This document shows positions 7,470-18,100 of a stretch of 64,000 nucleotides of DNA, one piece after another (within the stretch, counting starts at the first letter, position 1; the number at the start of each line of letters is the position of its first letter). The translations under genes were made by a program, and so were the position numbers. The notes under the pieces were generated by a model that ran no database searches, had not been told where the DNA came from, and saw nothing but the letters and a program-made list of their open reading frames with translations. Location of the stretch: positions 124,001 to 188,000 of the IMG/VR virus record IMGVR_UViG_3300008117_000011; one strand, 5' to 3'.

Positions 7470-10468
7470 TATTGATTACACAAAATATTAAAGTTTATTC
7501 CAAGATTTATTTCAAAAACATCAAATTTATCATATGGGACACAATTATTATTATAAATTGTAACAACTTCACGATCTAAATCAATAAAATAATAAATCCC
7601 ACTTGTTTCTAAATTATCAAGTGCTGTTGATATTGCTATAATCCACTCTTCGTTTGTTGGTTGACTGGTATATCCAAATGTATTTGTAACAAACTCTGTT
7701 GTAAGTGTTACACCATTTAATTTTATTTCTGCATACCAATTAACATCAAGTGTATTTAATAAACAAACATCTGGTGGTATACTATTTGATTCTAAATAAT
7801 TATTTAAAACAACAGCCAAGGCCCCGCCAAACGATTCAACCATAGCATTTGATGAATTCCAAGGATAAAGACCGCAATTTAATTCTTGTAAAGGACAATC
7901 GTAAGCGAATAACTGTGTTGTAAGTTCACAAGGGTTACAAGGAACCGGAACAATTTTACAACCAAATTGTCTACGCCAAACAAATTTTTGTCTATGAAAT
8001 ATTGAATTTTCAAGTCGTACTCCTGTGTTCCAGATTGTTGTTGCTGGAACCATTTGTTCAATAAGTCTTACCCAATATGTTCCAAGACCATTTACATAGT
8101 CAATCATTGTCTGATATGTAAAATTATCATTTGGTACATTTATTGCTTGTCCCGACTCAAGGTACTTCCAATATATTGATTGTAATGTTGGGTATCCACC
8201 GGTTTTTCCATCTGTGATAAATTGTCTATTTCTTACATTTATCATATTTCTCCAAAAAGTCTGTGCAAATTCAAAAAATGTCTTTTCTTTTGGTTTTGGG
8301 TTAATTTCTGTCCAATCAATCCCTCCTCTTCTTGGGTAGTTACTTATTGGGTCTGGATTACAATAAGTTGGTTGTACGTAGTTAAGTCCCTCATTTGGAA
8401 TTGGGTAATTATATGTTCTTGACATTGTATAAACATCATATAATAACCCAAAACTAGGATTTAACATTACGTCAACATTTTTAACATTTAGAACTAAACA
8501 TTCTTCACCAACATAGTAGTAAGCATTGAATCCTCCATCAGAATTTACTCTTAAATTCTTTTCAGTATCGGTCCAGCTTTTGTTGTTATCAATTGTTCTT
8601 CTTAATCTGAAACCAAGATCCATATATGGGAAGTTTCTATATCTGTCAAGATATTCTTCACCATAATTAAATGGAAGTAATGTTGTCTGATAGTCTGGAT
8701 TTGACCCAGTAAAGACACTTGTTGTAATGTCAACTTGTTCAGGCATTCTATGTTGAGGTGTTGATTCAAACCAACCCCCTCCAATTTGGAAGTAGTATGA
8801 CTCGCTGTCAACTGGTGTACTAGGACATCCAATATTATCAATTGGGTACTCACTTTCCGTAATGCTAATATCAGTTGTTGTTGTACTATATGTCACACCA
8901 CTATATTGAACCCCCATAATTGAGTAAACATCTGCCGAATCTAACACTGGTGTTTGTTGGACATAGGTTCCTCCAGATATCTGAACGTATTGTCTACCAA
9001 AATCCGCTAAATTAATTCTTTGGTCTGCGGTATATATATACTCATTAAAATCAACTAAAAAATCTGGAGCTCCAATAAGTCTTAAAAGAATTTCAATAGA
9101 TTTTCTTGTTCCTTTTGATTTAAATAGAAACGCCGAATTCAAAACCAAATTTCTATAATATTGGTAATTCAATTCTTCTGGTGTTTGTCCAACTGGAACG
9201 CCACTAAAATCACTTTTTGCCGGTTTAAAAATTGTATCTAATAATTCGGTTTCAGTGATTGGTGAGATATTTGTACTCCACCCAAGTGTCTGTGCTAAAT
9301 TTTTTAATAATTGTGATGGAATGTCGTTTTGTACATTATAATTTACAGAATTCATCATACTTAACGCATCAATGAATTTTTTTGTATTATCAAAACTTCT
9401 TCCGTAGATTTGTAACATTTTTTCCACCTTCTTGTCAAGAACATCAAATTCTTTTAATGATGGTGTTGTTAAAAACCTTGAAATCAAATTAGTTTTATAC
9501 TCATCAAAATTTACGGTAAACTTATTTATTTCCGCAAGATATAAATCAAATGCTGAAGTTCTTATATCAAGATTCCAAACACCATCTATTGGGAATGTAA
9601 CTGTTGTATATTTGAATTTATATGTCCCATCTTCTTGTAGTTCCGGTACTTCAAAATATGCAGTATATTTTGGTCTTATAGATCTATTAAGGAGAAAATT
9701 TTCAATGTTATCAAAATTATCATTAAAAACTTTATTAACATTTATTTCGTTTGGTCTTACAATAAAATTAACATCAGTTGTTGATAACCCAGAAAATGGA
9801 TTTCCAGCAACATATACTTTTAATATAGTGCTTGATGGTGTTGTTGGTACAATATCATTTATTGGGTATTCAACCTCGTTTAAATAAATTGAGTAATAGT
9901 TATAATTTTTTTTCATATTCCTCAAGTCTGAAACGTATATTTCAGATGCTTGAGTATTTTTATCAGCGTTTGTTGTAAAGTCAATTCCAAAAGGATTACT
10001 AATAGCGTCTAGTAGAATTTCAAGTTCTGTTTCATTATCTACTGAATCGTATATAATATTTTGTGCTGTGTTACCCTCAACATAACCAGGTCTAAATTTA
10101 TTAACCTCTAATGCCGCTGGAAAATAATTAATTATCCTTTGTATTGAGTTTGAGAATCTTAATTTAAGCGACCCATAAATTGTTGTGTTTGTAATTTCAC
10201 TTAAATCATAATTTGGGTATATCTGAAAATTATTTGCAACAATCATTCTTGACTGCAAATCATTTGATAGATTCATTGTGTCAAGTGAGATTGGGTCCGA
10301 GAATGAACCTATTTCAAAGTTTCTATCTTGTTTTTCAGATAATGAAGATGTGAACTGAAAATTTCCTTGTGTAAAACCTCCTCCATCAACTAATTGAAAG
10401 CCGACTAAGTTATCAGAAAATGAGCCTTGACCTGATGCTTGTGGTGGACAAGTAAATTTATTTGACAT
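7469..10468 (-). CDS. Baseplate wedge protein (P2 gpI / T4 gp7-like)
   Basis: LLKNLAQTLGW...YYRNLVLNSAFLFKSKGTRKSIEILLRLIG (KGT motif). TAATG coupling with both neighbours. Confidence 0.7.
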   Translation of the reverse strand: MSNKFTCPPQASGQGSFSDNLVGFQLVDGGGFTQGNFQFTSSLSEKQDRNFEIGSFSDPISLDTMNLSNDLQSRMIVANNFQIYPNYDLSEITNTTIYGSLKLRFSNSIQRIINYFPAALEVNKFRPGYVEGNTAQNIIYDSVDNETELEILLDAISNPFGIDFTTNADKNTQASEIYVSDLRNMKKNYNYYSIYLNEVEYPINDIVPTTPSSTILKVYVAGNPFSGLSTTDVNFIVRPNEINVNKVFNDNFDNIENFLLNRSIRPKYTAYFEVPELQEDGTYKFKYTTVTFPIDGVWNLDIRTSAFDLYLAEINKFTVNFDEYKTNLISRFLTTPSLKEFDVLDKKVEKMLQIYGRSFDNTKKFIDALSMMNSVNYNVQNDIPSQLLKNLAQTLGWSTNISPITETELLDTIFKPAKSDFSGVPVGQTPEELNYQYYRNLVLNSAFLFKSKGTRKSIEILLRLIGAPDFLVDFNEYIYTADQRINLADFGRQYVQISGGTYVQQTPVLDSADVYSIMGVQYSGVTYSTTTTDISITESEYPIDNIGCPSTPVDSESYYFQIGGGWFESTPQHRMPEQVDITTSVFTGSNPDYQTTLLPFNYGEEYLDRYRNFPYMDLGFRLRRTIDNNKSWTDTEKNLRVNSDGGFNAYYYVGEECLVLNVKNVDVMLNPSFGLLYDVYTMSRTYNYPIPNEGLNYVQPTYCNPDPISNYPRRGGIDWTEINPKPKEKTFFEFAQTFWRNMINVRNRQFITDGKTGGYPTLQSIYWKYLESGQAINVPNDNFTYQTMIDYVNGLGTYWVRLIEQMVPATTIWNTGVRLENSIFHRQKFVWRRQFGCKIVPVPCNPCELTTQLFAYDCPLQELNCGLYPWNSSNAMVESFGGALAVVLNNYLESNSIPPDVCLLNTLDVNWYAEIKLNGVTLTTEFVTNTFGYTSQPTNEEWIIAISTALDNLETSGIYYFIDLDREVVTIYNNNCVPYDKFDVFEINLGINFNILCNQ

Positions 10469-11376
10469 TATCCAGTAATATTATTAAAAGCTTTACTAAA
10501 ATCTATATTTGTTCCACGATCCTGTCTAACCTCATAAAGAAGTGAATTAAATTGATCACGAATTTCATATAAATTGTATTGTTTATATATGTTATTTTGT
10601 GTATCGTAGATTGTATAAATACCATCATCAATTGACTTGGTTTGATTACCATAAAGTGCAATTGCAAGTGTTGAGATATCTTGATCAACTATTTCAATCT
10701 CCGTTGTTATTGGATTGAAGAATGTGTTTGTTATTATGATATTCTGGTTTGGTTGTCCAATAAATGGTGTTGCGCTTGGTTTGTTTGTTGGTGATGTTGA
10801 TGGTGATAATGTACAAAAAATTAAATTTGTTGCGTTTTCAACATATCTATATCTAATAACTTTTTGTGATGTATTTGTTAAATTTTGATAAATTGGTTCA
10901 CAATAAAATGATGAGGTAATTAATCTAAAGAAATTAGGAATTTTTGTACCATTATCATTTAAATACTCAACTCTAAAACCAACAAGTCCCTGGTTAACGA
11001 ATTTATTTTTAAATTGTGTTGGTACATTTGTAATATCAATTACAATTCCTTTAACATTTGGTAGTGCTGATAAAACACCACAATCTGTAATTTTTGTTCT
11101 AATTTCTGCCGGTCTAATATAAAGTGTATATATTCCAAGTTTATTAAAAACATCAGCGGGTAATTTTAAATTATATAAACCACCAAGAATTTCAACACCA
11201 TTGTTTCCTCCGGTATTTGTATTATGGAAATATGGTCTTAGCACATTTTTTGCGTCAAGTTTTGTTAACAAAAAATTATTTGTATCGTCTCTTGATGGTG
11301 TATAATTTAGTATTATATCAACATCTTCTGGTGATACATCTGCTGGTCTTATGGTTCCATATGTTCCCGTGGCCAT
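10468..11376 (-). CDS. Hypothetical structural protein
   Basis: 302-aa ORF with TATTTAT upstream (11409-11415), translationally coupled to the wedge gene. Confidence 0.65.
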   Translation of the reverse strand: MATGTYGTIRPADVSPEDVDIILNYTPSRDDTNNFLLTKLDAKNVLRPYFHNTNTGGNNGVEILGGLYNLKLPADVFNKLGIYTLYIRPAEIRTKITDCGVLSALPNVKGIVIDITNVPTQFKNKFVNQGLVGFRVEYLNDNGTKIPNFFRLITSSFYCEPIYQNLTNTSQKVIRYRYVENATNLIFCTLSPSTSPTNKPSATPFIGQPNQNIIITNTFFNPITTEIEIVDQDISTLAIALYGNQTKSIDDGIYTIYDTQNNIYKQYNLYEIRDQFNSLLYEVRQDRGTNIDFSKAFNNITG

Positions 11377-11421
11377 ATTGTTTAGTTTTTACTTTTGTTT
11401 ATCTTTTTATAAATAGTGTAG

Positions 11422-12594
11422 TTAATCTTTTTTAACTTTAAAGTATCCATATCCATATTTACTTATATCCCCCAAATTATCTACTTCACCAAGTCTTTGT
11501 ATTGACTCAAGTCCGGATATCTTACCTCTTTCCATAAATAAATTTGATTGTATTTGTGGTTCGTCAATAACATTAAGTAACGCTTCGTTTTTAGTAATTG
11601 CCGTCAAAATATAATCACTACTCACAAGCCCATATGATTGTACAGAATATACCGTTGTTCCGTCATTGAAGTCAAGGTATAGAATGTCATTAATTGTATA
11701 TGCAGTATATGTGTTTGTGGGATCTGGGCCAATTACCATTCCTTGAACCCCGGTACCCCCAGTTACTGGAACATTTAATTTAAATTTACCACCAAATAAG
11801 TTAATCTTTGGTCCGTATTGTTTTAAATCATTTATTGAACTTTTTGTATATCCCGTTACGGTGAATGGTGTTGTTGTATACCCACTTGAGTCATAGTCTG
11901 TAATGGTCGTATTTGAATCTCCAGTAAATATATAATCATAACTTATTGGTGTTCCAGTCCAGTTACAACCAACCGGTGTAAAATAAGCAGTTCCATTTGG
12001 GTTTGATATTGTAATACCAGTGTATGGAAGGGTTATTTCTTTTTTAACAATTGATACACCCCAAGGTGAATAACTTGTTAATGTAATTTCATACGAACTA
12101 TTTTGTGTTGGGTATATGTGAGTTAGTGGTCCGGAAGTAGAAACATTTTGTGTTGGGCTACCATCGCCCCAATCAAGGACAAACACATTAAACGATAAAA
12201 ATTTTAAATACTCAGTTTCTGATGTGTTAAGAAATATCACATCGTATGGATTTAAAGTGTTTGCCGAATAAATAAAATTTGTCATAACATCCTTTTGATA
12301 TATTGCACCATCAAAAGGTGTGTAATAACCTAAATCATTTATATTTTCAGTAAATAATAGAGGAACTGTAAGACAAGAAAGTAGAGATTCACCATTTGTA
12401 CCACCACTTAAAACTACGGACATTGGTAAGTAAACCCCAGTTGTTCCTGTTATTTGATTTATAGTTGTTGATGTTATTGGACAACAAGGATCTATCAGAA
12501 CAGAAATATCTGTCTGTCCTGTATATGGAAAACTAACAAGGTCACCTATAATGTTCTCTGGTGATATTTTAAAATAGTATCGTTGGTCTTGCAT
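11422..12594 (-). CDS. Virion protein with PKD-like domain
   Basis: LDWGDGSPTQ...LTHIY...YEITLT PKD-like signature; Thr/Gly-rich. Confidence 0.65.
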   Translation of the reverse strand: MQDQRYYFKISPENIIGDLVSFPYTGQTDISVLIDPCCPITSTTINQITGTTGVYLPMSVVLSGGTNGESLLSCLTVPLLFTENINDLGYYTPFDGAIYQKDVMTNFIYSANTLNPYDVIFLNTSETEYLKFLSFNVFVLDWGDGSPTQNVSTSGPLTHIYPTQNSSYEITLTSYSPWGVSIVKKEITLPYTGITISNPNGTAYFTPVGCNWTGTPISYDYIFTGDSNTTITDYDSSGYTTTPFTVTGYTKSSINDLKQYGPKINLFGGKFKLNVPVTGGTGVQGMVIGPDPTNTYTAYTINDILYLDFNDGTTVYSVQSYGLVSSDYILTAITKNEALLNVIDEPQIQSNLFMERGKISGLESIQRLGEVDNLGDISKYGYGYFKVKKD

Positions 12595-13406
12595 TACGGA
12601 TTTACATATTCATACCAAAGTATTGGGTTTATATCTGTCCCAACTCTATCTCCGGTTGAGGTTGATAAGATTTCATAATTTCTACTAGTGTAATCTAATT
12701 TTACTTTGTAATAAAAATAATCTTCACTATTAAATGTATAGTAATTACCAGCTAAAGTTGACTGTGGGACATTCATCATTCTAATAAAACTTCCTTGTCT
12801 AGCATTAAAAAACTTTGCACTCATATAAAATTCATCCAAATCTATATAGTCAGTTTCTCTAAGCCAATAAATGAAAAATCCCTCTTTATCCCCAACGTAA
12901 TCAAGTCCATATTTTGGTTTCCTTATTTTAACATTTGTTAAAAATGTTGATATTGTTACAGTATCAAAATCACCTTGTTGTACTGGTAATATTATTGTAA
13001 AATAGTTTTTTTGTGATGTTTCACTTCTTGTATCATAAAAATCTAGTTTAAAAAAAGATTTAGTGAAAGGTTTTATGTAACTATAGATTTCTTTTTCTGT
13101 AAATCCAGCATATTCGTAACTATTATACCAGGATGTTGTATTTGCTATTGTGTCTCCGGTATCAAAAAAATAAAACTCATAATTTACTTTAGTAAGAAAT
13201 GAATTAGTAATATTTGAATAATACTCTTGATGTGGGAATCTAGTTAACTCAAAATCAACAGGGGGTCCAATAACATCTTCAAGAACCGTCTGTTGATATT
13301 GGTCAATTGCTTGATCTCGTTCAAGAAAATCCCATTTCATTTCAATTGGGATGTCTAGTTCCTTGTCAAGGCTGTTTAGTCTTATTTTATATTTACTCAC
13401 ACTCAT
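12594..13406 (-). CDS. Hypothetical structural protein
   Basis: 270-aa aromatic-rich ORF overlapping both neighbours in the baseplate operon. Confidence 0.65.
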   Translation of the reverse strand: MSVSKYKIRLNSLDKELDIPIEMKWDFLERDQAIDQYQQTVLEDVIGPPVDFELTRFPHQEYYSNITNSFLTKVNYEFYFFDTGDTIANTTSWYNSYEYAGFTEKEIYSYIKPFTKSFFKLDFYDTRSETSQKNYFTIILPVQQGDFDTVTISTFLTNVKIRKPKYGLDYVGDKEGFFIYWLRETDYIDLDEFYMSAKFFNARQGSFIRMMNVPQSTLAGNYYTFNSEDYFYYKVKLDYTSRNYEILSTSTGDRVGTDINPILWYEYVNP

Positions 13407-15156
13407 CTGTCGTAGGATCTACAATTAAATCGCCTAGATTTTGTCCGATACCTTGATAGTTGTCCGGAAATAATCTAAAAATTATATTATCATATGGATA
13501 ATGTTTACCATTTGTGAATGGATAATCAACACCAACATTTTCATTATCAATATACCCAAATGGATAAATATCCCTCCATCTAAAACTATTTGATGCATTA
13601 GAGAAAAAGGCATAGTTTGGTATACCAACAATATTTACATCTGCCGGCCCCTCTTCAACGTATGGTGAAAATGTCTTTATTGTTATTGAGTTATGTGGAT
13701 AGTAGTAATAACCAAATGTATTTGTTGGTGATGTGTCTAAATTTTGTGTAAAATAAGTTTGATTAAATGTGATTTTATGTACCTGTTTTGAAATTACTCT
13801 TTCGGTTTGCTCGTAATCGTTCCACTCACAAAAATCACCGTCAATTGTATCACCACTAGTTAAATCTGAAATATATGTGAAAGGTCCAATCCCAATATTT
13901 GAGTTGTATTGTTGTGTTGGTATATTGGTATCTGAAAATGTATTACTCAAGTCCCACCAAACACTTGGTAATCCAAATATTTGTTTTGTATTAAAATAAT
14001 ATCCTTGTTTTAATTTATTTGTCCAGCCCCAATATCCTTTCCAAATACTTGTAAAGAAAAGTTCAGTTATTGGCCTTTTTTGATTATCAATAAGGTTTGT
14101 AGTATCTATGTCAACATTAAATGATAGTGTATACGTTTGACTACCTTCTAATATTGATGTTCTAGGTAGACTTGTTGGTGTTGCAAGTGTTGGTGGATTA
14201 CCATAATAAATTGGTTTTTCGTATTGTGTTTTTAAATTAAAAACATTGTTTTCAAAAGCTGTCTTTACAAGAACTGCGTCTTCTGGGTTTGTAATTATTT
14301 TATTTCGTCTTACATAATATTTTGATGTTGTCTCACCAGAACTGTCTGGATTTAAAACTCTTTTTAGATATCCGATGTTTCCAACATTAAAAGTTGTTCC
14401 CAAATATCCAACATTGTATACGTTAAAATAATTACCTTCACTTCCTGCTGTTCCATTACCAAGTGAATTAATTGCGAAAATATTTTCACCATTATAAGTA
14501 AGTGATAATTGTACATACTCACCATTATTTAATCCGTGAGGCATTGGACATCTAAATTCTATAATACTATTAGAATTTGATGTTATAACAAATGGAATAC
14601 CGTCTTGTGCAATCCAATTCCAGCTAGCAAACGTTTTATCATCTTCAGCAAACATATTTTTGTTTGGATCATTTTCAAATGGATAACTAACATAATGTTT
14701 CCAGTTGTATGTTGTAGCACTTTTATTTACAAATTGTTGATGATTTGGACTGCCAGTGGTGTAGCCATTTTTATCATTATCATTTCTAATAAAATCAAAT
14801 TCTGTATATTGCGGGAATCCACTCCAAGATACTGAAGATGTTGCGCCACAAGCAATTTGTTCCACTGTTTGGTCTAAATTTAAGTAATATAAATAATCAA
14901 TATATGGTTGATATTGTGTGACTCCAGGAAACGAGTTTTTAAATAAAAAAACATATTTACTTACAGGTCTAAAAATATTTGAAGCTTGTCTTTCATCATC
15001 AAATACTTGAAACAGGTTTACGTCAATGGTTCTTTCGTATTCAACAACTTCTTTAGTAGTTTGATATAATGGTAGCTTTTCTGATGAATCAACATCAACT
15101 GCGTTTTGAAATCTTTTACTCCCAAGAACTATTTTTGTGCTATCGTCAATACCCAT
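13393..15156 (-). CDS. Hypothetical structural (baseplate-region) protein
   Basis: 587-aa ORF containing a small beta module (CPMPHGLNNGEYVQLS) common in phage tail proteins. Confidence 0.65.
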   Translation of the reverse strand: MGIDDSTKIVLGSKRFQNAVDVDSSEKLPLYQTTKEVVEYERTIDVNLFQVFDDERQASNIFRPVSKYVFLFKNSFPGVTQYQPYIDYLYYLNLDQTVEQIACGATSSVSWSGFPQYTEFDFIRNDNDKNGYTTGSPNHQQFVNKSATTYNWKHYVSYPFENDPNKNMFAEDDKTFASWNWIAQDGIPFVITSNSNSIIEFRCPMPHGLNNGEYVQLSLTYNGENIFAINSLGNGTAGSEGNYFNVYNVGYLGTTFNVGNIGYLKRVLNPDSSGETTSKYYVRRNKIITNPEDAVLVKTAFENNVFNLKTQYEKPIYYGNPPTLATPTSLPRTSILEGSQTYTLSFNVDIDTTNLIDNQKRPITELFFTSIWKGYWGWTNKLKQGYYFNTKQIFGLPSVWWDLSNTFSDTNIPTQQYNSNIGIGPFTYISDLTSGDTIDGDFCEWNDYEQTERVISKQVHKITFNQTYFTQNLDTSPTNTFGYYYYPHNSITIKTFSPYVEEGPADVNIVGIPNYAFFSNASNSFRWRDIYPFGYIDNENVGVDYPFTNGKHYPYDNIIFRLFPDNYQGIGQNLGDLIVDPTTDECE

Positions 15157-15158
15157 TT

Positions 15159-18100
15159 TTAGTCTGTTGTTTCAATATATAATTTAATGAACTTATCAAG
15201 TGCTGTAAAACCATTATTTAAACCAAAATAGAAGTAGAATGGTGCTCCCACCAATACTTTTTCACCTTCAAGTCCGTTTGTTACTCCGGCATATGTTGGT
15301 TCTGGATCTCCATTTGAATCAAAGTTTGTTATAAACCCAAGGTTATTTGGTGTTGTTGTTGTAAAATATTGATTTGGTGCATCAAAATTTAAATTTTGAT
15401 ATTCATTCTTATAAAACCCTGGAGCACTAAGTGTGTCCCAATTATTATTTTCAGTACCAAAGATAAAATTAGTTTGATCTCCTTGTGGTGCCAACCTCCA
15501 CTTATAATGTGGAACAACTTGATCTTTTGGGTAGCCAAAATCATTAAATACCCCACCACAATTAAGACTATAATATTCATAACCAGGTGTTAATTTTCTT
15601 CTGTAAGAATAATCCTCAGTTGATGATGAGAAAAATATACCGAACAATGGTCTGCTTGGACTTGTTGAATCCCCAATGAATAATGCATTATCTGGATAAT
15701 TCTCACCTAAATATGGTATAACTTTCCATTCGGAATTTATGGCTAAAGCTTGTGCGATATCACCGTCAATTCTATCACCCTTTCTTTCACTATTAAAAAA
15801 TTGTATGATACCTTTACCTTCACTACTATTTCCTGCTGGGTCACCAACCGGAAGTAATTGTTGTATGAACGTTTGATTTAATAGTCTAGAAATGAAACCC
15901 ATTTGTATTAAATCTGAATTATCCTTATAAGATGTTGCTCTCATTTGATCAACTAAATAACCATTAAATTCACTATCACTACAAATTTGGGAAATAAATT
16001 TTTCTCTTGGCCCTAAGTCCATAATTGTTGTAGGAAACTGAATCCTTCTAGTATTATAACCTAAACCTGGATAGTCGTTAAGTAAATAAGCTGGAGCATT
16101 TGGTGGTGTGGGACTTGCAGAGCCAACAAATTGGTTTGTTGTTTTGTTCCAAGGTGAACTTCTGTAAAAGAAACTGTTAGTAATTTCATTAAATATAATA
16201 GTGTCCTGACAATAAACATATCTTGGTTCGTCTGGTTGATCTAATTCATAAAATGTTGATTTATTAAATGAGAACATATATAGAACACCATTAATCCAAT
16301 TGTTTTGGAACGTCTGAGCAAAAACTCCTTTACAAGCAGCAAATGTAACTAGGAATCTTGTTTTCCACTCAAGGAATAATCTTGCATCATCTTTAAATGC
16401 TCCTTGTATTAAGTACAATTTTTTAAAGAATTTATTATCCGATTCTTTATAGTTTAATAAACAATAACAACCTCTGTACACTCTATTATCTGGTACCGAG
16501 CAATTAGGGTTAATTTCAATGCTTGCGCCTGTTCCCACATAACATTGTAATGATTTCATATTTTCACAACTAAGTGTTGAGGTTAAACTCTGAACTAATG
16601 CACTTTCATCATAAACACCTTGACCACCATTAATGTCTGGTTCAAAACCATACACTTCGCCAGATTCAACCCCAGCTTTATAAACCCTAAAATTATTGTT
16701 TTGATGTAAACCATAACTTGTCGTTCCATAATTTTCTTCAACCCCAGTTGAGGTTGGGACTCTATCACTTCTCATTACCATATATTGCGGTTGTCCTGGT
16801 GTTTGGTCAACATTAAAGGTTACTGAAGGTATTGAATATCTATAATAAGCTGGTGAATAAACAGAAAACAGTCTAGGTGCTGTACTTTTCCAATAATCAT
16901 TTTCTCTATCTTGATCTTGTCCTAAGTCACCATACATAACAGTAGAGCTATTACCTACATTTGACATTGTAAATGACCCACCAGCAAAATAATATAAACT
17001 AGTGTTATTGTTTTGCCCAAGTATTGGTGGTGGTGTTAATCCGTTGTCAATTGGTAATAAAAATCCTCGCCAGTTAGGACCACCATAACCTATTGTGTCG
17101 TATCCACCACCATTTGGTGACCCTACCTGGTTTACGGTAGGAAATCCAGCGTCTGGTGTGTAACTATTAAAAGGTGCTACCCCTTCATCAATTGATGAAT
17201 AATAGTGTGGTAATCTTGACTGGAATGTTGTAAATTTATTGTAATCAACACCCCCAATAGTATATGATTCACCAAGTTTAAAATTAAATGGTTCAAAGAA
17301 CAACTCAGTTGCCGTATCATTACTTATAACGTTGTGTGTTGTGGGTCTATTACCAACACCTGTTAGACCTTGTATTGGTATATTGAGATAATAATCACCT
17401 TCAATAACCACCGAGTTATTTGTTGTTGTTTGACCAAATATTACCGATAAATCATAGCGATTTTTTTGTTTTGGTGAATGTGGGTCAACACCTCTTGTAA
17501 TTACAATAATTTCATATTCTTGATAACCTTCAGCCTGAAATATTACAGTTGATTTTTGTTGTGTCAATGGGTCTAAATGTGTCGTATTTTCAATTCCCTT
17601 GAAAGTTTTGATTGTGTTGTATAAATCAGAAAGATATGGGAAACTATTTGACCCATTTGCATATATAAACCCAGCTTTATGGTGTAGATATTTTTGAGGA
17701 AAAAATCCAAGTGTACTACCATTGTACCCAGTATTTGCGATAAATTCATTATAGGTAAAACCTGTTATAACTTGGAAGTACTCAATGTCTACTGGGTATT
17801 TTAAATAGTTCTCCGTAGTATCTCCAGTAATAACATAAGGGACCGAACCATTTCCACCATACGATGTTGCATATGTAACTACTTTAGTGAGTGCCGAATA
17901 AGAAGTACCAGTAACACTATTATTATTAAATTGATTTGTTGTTGCGCTAAAAAATGTAGCACCTGTTAAGTTTTGATTACATTGTGAAAGATTTGGGTCT
18001 TGAAAGGTAAAAATTTCACCGATACCTAAATTTTGTAATGTACCCGGTTTTGCTAAAATAACAAGTGGTTGATCGTAATGTTCTTGAGATGAAGCTGTAT